Positions 1 through 11,518 of a DNA stretch of 64,000 nucleotides are shown piece after piece. The translations under genes and the position numbers were made by a program. The DNA comes from Balanoglossus misakiensis (lineage: Eukaryota > Animalia > Hemichordata). Location of the stretch: NCBI GenBank assembly GCA_040954595.2, contig CM082579.2, forward strand, positions 4,081,227 through 4,145,226, written 5' to 3'. Below the pieces are notes generated by a model. It searched no databases. It saw nothing but the letters and a program-made list of their open reading frames with translations, and was not told the DNA's origin. Position 1 is the stretch's first letter. Every line of letters begins with the position of its first letter.

Positions 1-1322
1 TTGTCTCGAGTGGATTTCACAAAGCGGTACTTTCATGCATTAAAGTCACTAGCCATTTTTTGGTATTTTTAGAAGGACAGGGTCATAGCCAGCTGCCTTA
101 TCATGGCGCGTCTGAACACAGAAGCATCAGGTTGGCTGCATATGCACAAAGATCTAAGTATGACAGACAGTTTAATCTCTATCGCAAAGACTTTCTTGCG
201 TACAAAATAAATCGAAAGTTCAATATCTGAGAAAGTCAATGCTTGAAGTCGAAACAAAAAGAATCAATAAATTTGACAATTTGCACGTAAATAATCACAA
301 TGCCAATTACATCAATGACTTGTTGAAGAGTAACGGGATTGTGAAACAATTAGAAAAGACAATAAAAGATCATCTGACAGGACTAAAGAGCTATTAATCT
401 ATTTTACTTTTTGGGAATGGGCAAAACTGGTATACACAGTACAATACAATATATTGGCCACTCAGTGTCAAACAATCTTGCAAATGGGAAACATGGTTTG
501 TTTTCAACACCGTGTTTTCTTGATGGTCACAAGAACAACTCCAGTGGGCAGGGCAACCTTGTGTTTTCTGGTTTGATTGTCACGACTAAACAGTAAATTC
601 TCATTTCCATTGTCCAAGTAATGACTCCACGCAACCTTGCATTCATCACAAAATGGGAAGATTTAAAGGTCTAAAAACCCATTTTTGTTCAATTTGTCTC
701 TGAGGCGTTATTAAACTCAAAGCCAAATCATTGAAGTCAATTCATGTACGTGTGTCTGAGAGTCATTGTTATTGTGCATTCTCAAACACCAGGAGATCTT
801 GTCAGATTTTCTATAAACAGTAAACAACTTTAATTATCTGATTAATATTCGTGCATACTGCCATAACCTACTGTACAATACATTTCTGTAAGACACTACT
901 GTACAAACACATATGCAAACGAGGGTTTGAAGTCACAAGTTCATATATATACCTAGCCATGATTGTCATGGATACCTGGAAATAATGGCTGAAAACACTA
1001 ACAACCGCACCATATCTGCCCATTCGAGTCACTGACCTCAACAAACTACATCACGCGATATTCGGACACTCTCTGTATCATGGCTTCACAAGAAACTTAA
1101 TGAAGCTGCAGACGTCAGACATAGGTCTCTGAATTATTAGTATCTATGGACACATATATTAGAGCAGACGGACTGTGGCGACAGAATGAGGGCGTGGGTT
1201 CAACAGAAACGTGCTGTCGTCGGTGTTAGATTTGTGGTTATTTTCTGGTGAACTTAGTTTGCACACACAGCAGTGAAAACAACCGGGCAACTTATATTCT
1301 CCAGGTATTCACTGAGTCATCA

Positions 1323-1418
1323 CAGATTTTAGCCTAGTACCTAGCCGTATTTAGTCCACTTTGCTTCCAAAAACAAGCAAAGCTGACAAAATATGGCTAG
1401 GTACTAGGTTAAAATCTG
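1323..1418. repeat. Fold-back (palindromic) element of about 96 bp, MITE-like
   Basis: Outer 30-bp arms cagattttagcctagtacctagccgtattt / aaatatggctaggtactaggttaaaatctg (2 mismatches), plus inner arms ctttgctt/aagcaaag around an 8-nt loop. Confidence 0.85.
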
Positions 1419-4400
1419 AACTGAAATGTAACAGTACTATTCTTGGAAATTGCACTATGCCTCAGGGAAGCTTGCATATATATATATATATGCAGAAAAT
1501 GTAAAATATCTGACCCAATGTGTGTGTCTTAATGCCAAGTACATCAAAATTCACCCAACTGAAAGTCATGTACAGTTGTATTAAAAAAATAAAGGCAGTC
1601 GATCCAGAAGTATGAGAAAAATGGAAGAAATGGAATGCGTGTGGTGCTCAAGCATATACACACGTATATAGTTGGTCTCCGCTGGGGAGAATAGTCAAAA
1701 TAATAAATGGAGAGGTTTGAAACAGTAGCCTATCTGCATTATCCTTTGGGGATTTACGGACACATGCTTGCTCGGTAATACCACACACAGTTCAGTTATT
1801 GTTCTAAGCAGCGGAGACTGGATAATTTTACAGAGTACTGTGGGGGAGGGTATACTGATACAGACTTGCCAGGCTGGACTTGGCTCGCTGTTATAATGAG
1901 ATCTCTATGTGACTGTTTAATAGAGGCGGCCAATTACTCTTGGCTGTACTGTACTTATCTAAACAAACAAATCCACAGTAGGGTTTTTAGTACAATTACA
2001 GTATCCAGCGTGTAATTTGGTCACCTCAGTGTGGTCACACTAACATGCACTGGGCAGGGTATCTTTCACATAAACAGACTTCTTGGTATAGTCAAGAACT
2101 AAATTGTCTTGCGTACTGTGTGTGTGTGTTACATATTAACTCTAGTGTCTATGGTCTCAGTGATGTACCTGCAATGAGGCCAATTATGATTAGTTTTTTG
2201 TCACGCACATGTGTTATTTATATCCATGCGTTCTAAGAAACAAATGGGAAAACCCGGCCCTTCGAGATTTATGTAGCCTCGATGAGTGGTTTGTTTCTAT
2301 GGTAACGTAATGATGATGCGCGGCATTCATGCACATCAGCCAAAAGTGGGGGACAACGGAATTATGTGAACTCTTGAAGTACATACAAAAATCAACAACG
2401 TGCTGATGAGTTTCCAAAATACCGTAATTATAATTGCATTTTTTTTTACCAAACTTCCTGTCTAATCAGCTGTCAAATCATGGCATCCTATCTGCTCTTT
2501 TCTCTCACAAGTCATTTTGGTGAACGACTGGAAAGGAAAACATGCTCAAAAAGGTTGTTTTGAAGTCAGGGAAAAAAACACAGGGGTCAACTGAAAGGCA
2601 TATTTTTCTGCTCGCCAGTGTACCGTGTGTGTGGAAGTGTGGCCAGAAAAAAAGCTGTTGTGGTTTGCTGGTCATACACAACACATGGGGTTAATGACAT
2701 GTGAAGAAAAGGTTAGACAAACTATACCGCGTCAATCAAACGCGGAGCTGTCAAACTCGTGGGTGTAGATTTGAAGATCGATCCTCTCTATAAACAAGGC
2801 ACTCATGACTCTGACGGAAAAAGAAATGGCCGTTCTGTGGTGGACAAATAAAAAACAGCACTTCTGTGAATCTGATAGTGCTGACAAATCAGAAAGTGTA
2901 CGGCCATTATCTGTCTGAAGGAGACAACGTAACTCTCCAAATTAACACAGACTCAATGACACAATATACGTAGCACAGGGGCCAGAAAAATGCCAGATGT
3001 CATTCAACTTCCACTCAGAGTGGCCTGCACACATGTCCGACGACAATACTCTGCTTGTTCAAGCCCGGGACTTTCATTAACCCTGGGGTTGATAAAATGT
3101 CAACATATCTGGTCGAAGGACCCTGGTCACAACACCACCAGCTCCTGAGACACTCATGCCTGTAATGCCATCTGTCTTCGCTCATTGTGCCCTGTCACTA
3201 TCTCGGCATTCATAATTTGTTTGTCCCTGGCTGAGTTTTTTTCCTTCTCTCGCTGCCTTTTGAAGTGTCATTACATGCAAGGTTCTTCCTCAATCACCGA
3301 GCTAAGTGTTGTCTTGAAGTGCACATTACTCGTAAGAAGTCTTGTATAATAGACCCTCAGTCGGAGAAGTCGCTGATTTATTGGCCAGGTGAATGAGTCT
3401 ATATTCAATGCGGTATCTATTATGTTGGGATTATGAGCTGATTGATGAAATAACAGCTGAATGCAGAAAATTGGTTCTGAAAAAATCACTGGTCTCTTTA
3501 ATAGTCTATATGCCTTCATGATTCAGAGATTGAATGGCCATGTATCCTCAGTGGTGAGTGGAGGTTGTCAGAGTTTAAGGCTGGTTGTGCCAATTTTTTG
3601 AGGCCCCTGGACACAACATGCTGTGGGTGCCTGATCACTCTGCTGACTTTGCAAATTTCTGACAGGTACAAAATGAACGACCACAAGTAAATATCTGCCC
3701 CCCCCCACCCCCCCCAAAAAGACAACCCAATTGTTATAATATGATGAATGGTGACTCAGTTTACTGGTTCTCAATTTCAAAGCGCAGGCTGACAAGCTAA
3801 TAAATTGATGGTTTCTTTCCTCAGACGGGGTACTACAAGTCACCGATAGCCAGAACCGCGGGCTTTTAACGACCAATTACAAGCAACGGCAATCCGTCTA
3901 ACACAGTCGTAGCAGGCTCACATTTGACAACTTATCCCCCCTCCTTACAAGCGTCGCGGCAGCCACACTCTCTCTCAGTTTTCCGCCCGCAAACAATGAT
4001 GCCATTGATTAAGGGCCCGGGTTCTGTTTAGAACTCGCTAGGTGATGTAGCGAGTAGAGCCACCTCAGAGATCGCGTGAGACCGTGTCCGTTAGAGAAGG
4101 GGGGAAAACAGAGTCTTTTCTAAAGAAGTTGACAAACAATGTGTACAGTGAGGGGTGTCTGCAACGCTATAGCTATGTCTCTTGACACTTTGTATTGACA
4201 TCCGACTACAGCAGAGCTCTTGTTCGAGCACCGCCGTGAATCAAGTGGTCGGCGGCGGAATTAGTTTCAACATGTTTGCAGTGACCACCCCTCGATGAAA
4301 TCATGGATTTGACACGCTTCTCAAATTTTCACCGAGACACCACAGATTTATTCAAGGCAGTATGAGATCCAGCAAACAGTCGAAACATTTCCTTCAGTTT

Positions 4401-7400
4401 GCTTTTTAAAAGCATGATCTTCTGTGCAACAGGAAATATGATTTTCCAAAATGTTTTCTTTTTGCTGATTACTGATTGGAATTTTACCACATTTTTCTGG
4501 TGTACACTCTGAATTGTACTATGTTTAAAATCACAAAATGTGGGAGAATCATAGACAACATTTGAATCTACATGCAGATGCACTTGCCTTCACCATAGGA
4601 ATTCTGGGATAACAATAAATACAGACAGTTAAATCTTACCTATTTTTAAGCCAGCCGTTACATAACAAACTTGTTTGTCAACTTATCTTGTTTATAACTG
4701 TATACAGGTCTAGCTGCCAAGGGCTATATAATTATACCCTGAAAGGATGAAGGCACAAAGCTGAGAATTCTAAAGCTACAGTATCTCTGCATTTCTCCAG
4801 ACATAGAGGTCTAGTTGAGACATGTTTTTTTTAAACAGTCGACTTTGGTGAGATTTGTGTGTAGTTAAAATCAATCCTCTTATTCCTTTGACTGGTTGAC
4901 ATGCTGCAGATATACTTGAACAGAACTAGAAGGATCACTGTCTGTTCTTTTCTTTGTCCAATAGTGAGGAAAGAAATGTCCTTTTGCAAGACAAACTGCA
5001 AATGTGTTTGTGAGAAAGTGGTCATATCAGGAAACAGCTCTTAAATCAGCCCACAAAATAAAAAGATTACATGCTTCAAACCGTGACATCATTTAAAAAC
5101 AACAACCAGTACACATCCTCTTTTCTTGGTATTTGAACATGGTAGTTGCGAGAATCTGAAATATATTTGAGTTAATATTGTAGGTGGTAGTTCAACGTTC
5201 AGTGACAATTCACATCTCCACTTGACTCTGCCCACCAAATCACACTCACAATTTCATTTCTAACGCGGATCCCTCCCCTGCAAACAGGTGTCTGCCGCAC
5301 TGTTTTTCTCAACACAAGGCTCTTTTGTTCGCGCCGTCCATTACACAGTAATTTAGCGGACCAGAAGATTACCCTCTCACTGCTCAAAGAAAAGCACCTT
5401 TTGACAAAAGCTGCAGACGCACACAAAAAGAACAGAAAGAAAGGTGGACATTGAAAAGTGGCAAGTGGCAGACAATGAGGCTTACGTCGATATTTACTTG
5501 GCCGTTCCATCAGTCGCCTTTGAATGCCTTGATTAGAAGACTCCAGCCTGTTCATCGGCCGCTATTATGGCATTAGATGAACCCTTTACAAATCAATGAA
5601 GAGGGTTTTATTGTGTCAGGCCTTTTACTGTAGTTTGGTCTTTTGGTTTTTTCCCCCATTTACTTTGAAGAATCATCGATTGTTTTCCCTGTCAATGTAA
5701 CCCATCCATGCCACACAGAACAGACAACCCGTTACTTTTCTGACCACAATGTCAATAAAAAAATTCACAGCAGAGAGTTATTCTAAGTTCAACAAAAAAA
5801 GGAAATCATTCAGACCAGACATCAGATTTAAAAATCCATATACAGACCAAGATAATCAGAAAACTGCAAACTTCTTTTTATTTCTGGAAAACAATGAAGA
5901 CCGGAGTTGAAAGGATCACTAGGGCACTTAATTATCCAATTTAGTATTTGCGATTGGGTAAACTGAAAAGCCTGATTCTGACAGAACGATTTCAATTAAA
6001 CAACCTCTACTGTACAAGTTAAATCTGCCAAGATGATTAGTTGTTAAATTCGGCTCCTTTTTTCCCCCCAAAGTGGCTTCTGAAATTGTTTACCCCATTT
6101 TGCACCTGCATCCACAACACCCAATTTTCACCTGAAACATTGTGTGCGTTTAATGAAGTATTCAGATAACTGTGCAACTTCACAGTTAAAACCCAACATT
6201 AATGGAAAAGAAATAGCTGATAGCTGTCAAAGACAACCAGCTATGAGCATGGAAACGTTGCCAATTTAAGAATTGCTAGTAAACCCACTTCAACTATAGT
6301 CATTCTGAAATGAAATTTAACACATAGCTCATTTATGGTGAAAATATGCTGACTCAGTAGTTTTTTGGATTACTGGTTAAATTCTTGGTCTTTCACAAAA
6401 CTAGCACATGGCACCTATATTTTAATACAGATTTTGATAACACTAGCAAATCACTCATCAAATAAAACATATTGGGGCAGTAATATAATGACCATATTAT
6501 ACCCAACAATCTTCTATTGTGATATCCACCTGTGACTCAACATTCGACCTGGTGCACAAACTGGGTCATTGGAAACGAAAGAAAACAATATTTTGTCAAG
6601 CCTGTATAGACCAGTATTATGGGTGAATGTACCATTACAATGGATCTATGGCCACAACACACCAGGAGTCTATTATTGATCCAACTTTTAAACAAGTGTT
6701 TGGGGCCGTAGCAACGCCTACTGTTTTGTCTTTGGACTCATTACGAAGGTGAAATTGAATCAAAGATGCAAAGGTCAATAAAAGAACAATAGGCGAGGTC
6801 GGACACCCTGCTCTTAAGATCCTTTGATTCATTTCATCCCTCCAGTGCACCAGGCAAGCTTTGGACCAATCAGGTGAAGGGATATCAATGATTGACAGAT
6901 GAGATGGAAACTTTGGAAATAAACATTAGTAGAAAAAAACGTCAAAATTGAGAAATCTGGGCCACTTTGTCTCCACTCTTATCAGAAGTATCCCGAACTG
7001 AAAGATTACCCTGAACTGGTTGTGGTTTAGTTAACTTTTAATCATTTAAGTTTACTTCTTTTCTTTCATCATCATGTAAATATATACGCAACTAGTAAAG
7101 TGGTACTTTAAAGCAAATGGCGATTCAACAAGTGGGCAACTCTGGAAGGCCACACAGGAGAATGAGTTATTTCTCATTTATTGTTACATAAACAAATATC
7201 GCGACAGCATCCAAGCATAAACTCACATTTCTTTTTAATATGTCGAGTTCGGTGCATATACAGAGAGTGGCTGTTGTGAGCGACCGTCCACATTTCAGCC
7301 TTCTGTAATTCCCCAGTGTCACACCTGAGAAGAGTTTGATCATTCTACTCGGATAAACTCTTTGTCCAGATTGTAAAAAACGAATTTAACGCACCTCGGA

Positions 7401-9982
7401 TCCAACTGAATTGCAGCTATACACCTGACCACAGTGTTGCCTTTTCAACGCTCAAACAAAACAAGAAAACACACCTTCGGAGGTGCAATTATCAGCCGGT
7501 GTGGTTCCCCGATCTTTGATGTCCCGCCCGACAAAAGAAATGCATGGATAGACACAGATAATCTGTTGATTCAAGATCATGCTGGCCTTTAGATTTCTGC
7601 CACTGATGCAAACACAAATAAAACACTGTCATGTTTTGCAATTTCCGGGAACAATAAAGTTTAATGACCGTATGCTGAACACATAAAGCTTTGTTTTCGC
7701 CTATTTGAGTATAGATGGATTTGTATTCCATCAGTTCAAATTTGTCACAATGTCAAGTGTAGTACAACCTTTTCAACTTTTGTGAGACTGACCCAGATGA
7801 GAAAATTTCGGAACACACAAAAGTATCAGAATTTAGACATCTCTCTCTCTCTCTCCTTTTCTTAATTTCTGATTGAGCTGTACCTTGGATTTGATTACAA
7901 AAGTAAAGTGTTTTGTTGGATTAACTGACCCATATAATATCCAAGGCCGGATTTGGAAAAAATCATGTGATCATCATGATTATTATAGTTAATATCTTAT
8001 TTAAGCTGAGGTTTATAATCTACAACTTAGCCAATTAAATGACTGGTAGGTGAAGCTCGTTATATATGCATGGGTCAAACTCGAGAGATAATTAATTTTA
8101 ATTACGTGGTGTTGTTATTGTTGGCTAATTAGTTAAGAATATGTTTGGTGCAGGCTGAGTGTGATTGCGCACAGCAGGACATAAAATGACAAAGTCAGTT
8201 GTGGATATAGAGAGAGAAACTGATTCAAAAAAGATAAGATTTGACAGAGAGAGATGTGAATGATGGATGGATCTGTTGGAAAATTATCTGGAATGTCAGA
8301 AGAGACTGATGTCAAATTGAAAAATGAAACAAAAATATGAATGCGACACAGCAAAAGATATGATGTCCTCCATTCCAGCCAAGAGTTCAAACAAGGGACA
8401 AATGACATGTCCAGGACTGATACCCTGATTATTGCGTGGGCTTCTAAAGCTGTCACTTGAAATCTGATCAATTCTGCGGTGAAACGTTAGAACTCGACTA
8501 AACTGCTAGTTAAATTAAAATTTAATGAAATTTCTTTCCTACATGATAACAGAACCCACCATCCTGAAAAGAAAATTTACATTTTAAATACTGGTCGACA
8601 GTTTTTAATGAGATCATCCATCACCGAGTTCAACATCAGAGCTGAGCTGCATGCAGAATCCGTATTGATCTGTTTGTACTGTCATTCGAATCCCAACAGA
8701 AGTTATTAGCACAGTAACTGAATCCAGGGATAATTTGTTTGATGTGCTATTATTCCAGGTTCATATTCCTAGTATGATGTCATTTGCACACGATCTGCCC
8801 CTGAATACCCAGTCTAGACTGCCACTTTTGATCTGTTGCCATGGTGACAGAACCAGTCAGATCGAACTGACACTTAGTCACATATGAAAACAGACCACAG
8901 TGAGTGTGTATACTACATGTAGAACACTTCAGTACCAGATAGTCACAACATCACCTAGTGCAACACAAAATTTTCAAACAAAAATGAGCTCTCATGATTA
9001 GGTCTATAAATATGTTCCAAATTTCCATTTATTTTTCATCAAATATCAATATTCATTTTCCCATCAATATTAGTTTTGCTGGTACTTGATATGTTTTTGA
9101 AAATTTTAAGCAGCTGCCAAAATACGGTTGATCGTTTCAAAAAAGATAACTACCCTTTTGTTTCAGTGCTCTTGAATAAACTTGCAAATGTTTCCAGCTG
9201 TCATTTGAAAACAATTAAATTCAAAGTATACATTGGAAAGATAAAATAGAAGAAGTGTTTTTCACAAATGTGACTTGGTCATAATCAGTGTGGTACAATA
9301 ATGCTGCAGGTTAAAATGCAAAAGGTTACAGGACTTTTATTTTTTGTTTCCAGCCCTCCCTCTTCTGTCTTCACATGCTCTTATCTCGAAACAGTTCCTG
9401 TGCCCGGTTTTCATGTTTCAAAATATTTTGGCTGACAAAAATGACAACTAGATAAACTACAGCCGGGAATTCCAAATAAATCGCATCTCGTAAGGTGTTA
9501 CTGATTTAGATTAGGACTTTTAAGAAGACTAAATACACTTTAAGAAAAACTGTTTGTTCTTGATAATGTAATAAGTGGTCGGAACATGTATCGGAAAACA
9601 CAAACTGTGCTGATGTACACGTCTCAGCAGTTTGTCATTTTGACATTTTGCTTGGCCTAACTGTACTGATGCCTAAACTCTGCATTTTTTTATAGTGACA
9701 GCGCCACCGGTGTTGGAGTGTGAGCTGCAGACTGGAGCATGCTGAGCTAGCTAGCTGCCTAACTACAATGGCATAGTCCATTTGAACCATTCAAGTCTAC
9801 CTAACTCTGCATATATACCCCAGTCTGCACTTCTACACATCTCATCTCTACATGATGAAAATTTAAGGAAGTTTTCACTGTCTTACAAGTAACCAAGTTC
9901 TACCAGATCTCATTCTAAAACTTGCCATTTGCATGACCAGTGGATGTGCAACACAAACACAAGAATGTGTACAAGGACTCAC

Positions 9983-10451
9983 CATTATCAGTGCAACCAC
10001 AAGCAGTATGACCTCGGCATAATTCAACCTGTAAGTAAAGAAATATTCTCTCATGTAGAATAATATGTACAAATGAAACAATAAAAAAAGACATTCTACT
10101 GGCAAGTAAAATATATAGACACTTACAGACTTTGAGCCAAACCAAAAGAATCCTCCAAGTCCTTGTATCTCAGATCAACATTCATATAAAGGGTATCTAT
10201 TAAAAGCACACATGGAATAATTAATAAAACATTTAAAAAACATTAAAGACATGTGAACTTTTTAATGCGACAATGACACAAGAAGATTTAAGAAATTCTC
10301 TAATACACGGTTTCCAAAAAGTATGTAGTTTTCCTCCTGGCAATGAATGAGGTCTGAGCCAAATGAACGAGGCATCCCATGTCTGGATGAGAGCAGACGC
10401 AATGAACCACCACTTCATCCATGCGGGTAAGGTTGTTGATTTCTGAGACAT
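9983..10451 (-). CDS. EXPERA/EBP-like small multi-pass membrane protein, 5' part only (coding exons 10451-10307, 10196-10127, 10028-9983)
   Basis: The spliced translation is MSQKSTTLPAWMKWWFIASALIQTWDASFIWLRPHSLPGGKLHTFWKP/YTLYMNVDLRYKDLEDSFGLAQSL/LNYAEVILLVVALIM. All junctions are GT-AG and phase-consistent (1,2,0). From memory, the WD..F..LRP.SLPGG.LH..W.PY..Y..VD..Y motif is typical of an EXPERA-domain family found in invertebrates and fungi. A probable non-coding first exon ends at about 10962 (gtaagt donor), with an acceptor at 10466-10467. Downstream exons were not found. Confidence 0.7.
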
Positions 10452-11518
10452 GTTCAAGATGTTCTCTGTTGGAAAAATATAAAGGCAGAGAGTTTGGTAA
10501 GTACTTAGGACATAATAATGATTCTATTACGTTCAGATATGCAAAAGACGGGTGAGAAAAACGAAACTAGACTTTGGACTTTGGAGGAAATTTAAAGATT
10601 TAGGTAAACTGGGTTATATATTAAACCTAGTGGTATGTGCCACCAGTGACCTCAGGCAGTGACCTTCAGTATGGTAGCATTATAGTCATCAAAAATAGTT
10701 GTCTGCAAAGTTGACTCAATGGACCATCCCAGGATGTGTTTCCAAACAATAATAACAAGCTACTTCAAATATCTTGAATACCAGATCGGTACATACAGCT
10801 CCAAGACCAACCTGATATATCGGACGATTAAGGGGGTGGATCTTGCAAGGCTTGTTCATTTCAGTGGTTGATTGTACAGTGATCGAAACTTCCTTGGTTC
10901 TTATACTTTTATTAAAGCCAGATATTTGCATATGTCACTCTCATCCATACATATGTACTTACAACTGTTTAAAAGCTGTAAAATCTCCTCTTCTAACCCA
11001 AAATCACCGTGCACAGCAACTAGGCCAGCGTCGTTCAGATCTATATAAACAAGACGTCTTATCACTGGGTCATCTAATGTCATTTGGGGTCAACTCAGGA
11101 TACGACCAGAGCGCCCTCAGTGGTCATTGATACCACACTTCTATTTTGTCTCTCCAAGGAGACATTGTGGTCTGGATTTCGTCTTGCTAAAACTACTCAG
11201 CAGTTTTTTCAGAATATATCACAGGCCATATGCATCTATACATTGTATGGTTCTAACAGTTTCGTGTTAGACAGAGAGTATCATAATTGGCCAACACATT
11301 TGCAATATGGTTTTAAGGAGTTGGAGCATATGCTGGACAAGCAGAATGTTTTTCATACACAGCCAGTTATTTCTCTGAACTGAGGAGTCTGCATAGGGGG
11401 TAGTGGGTTTTGGAATCTTAAAAATATCATAGCGACAATTTCAGAAGTCATTTCGAGAAGTCGGTTTTATTTACAAATTAAAATAGAGAATTATATGTTC
11501 AATTGATGGACACTGCAG

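Noticed and set aside
69-150. Possible terminal exon QPDASVFRRAMIRQLAMTLSF* on the minus strand
   Set aside because: The acceptor is weak, it does not resemble the expected EXPERA C-terminus, and there is no other support.
6430-7030. Coding-looking stretch with fragments such as CQACIDQY and (with a frameshift) CLG-RSNAYCFVFGL, faintly DHHC-like
   Set aside because: There are stops in all frames, no DHHC motif and wrong spacing. A pseudogene call would need TBLASTN/BLASTX support.
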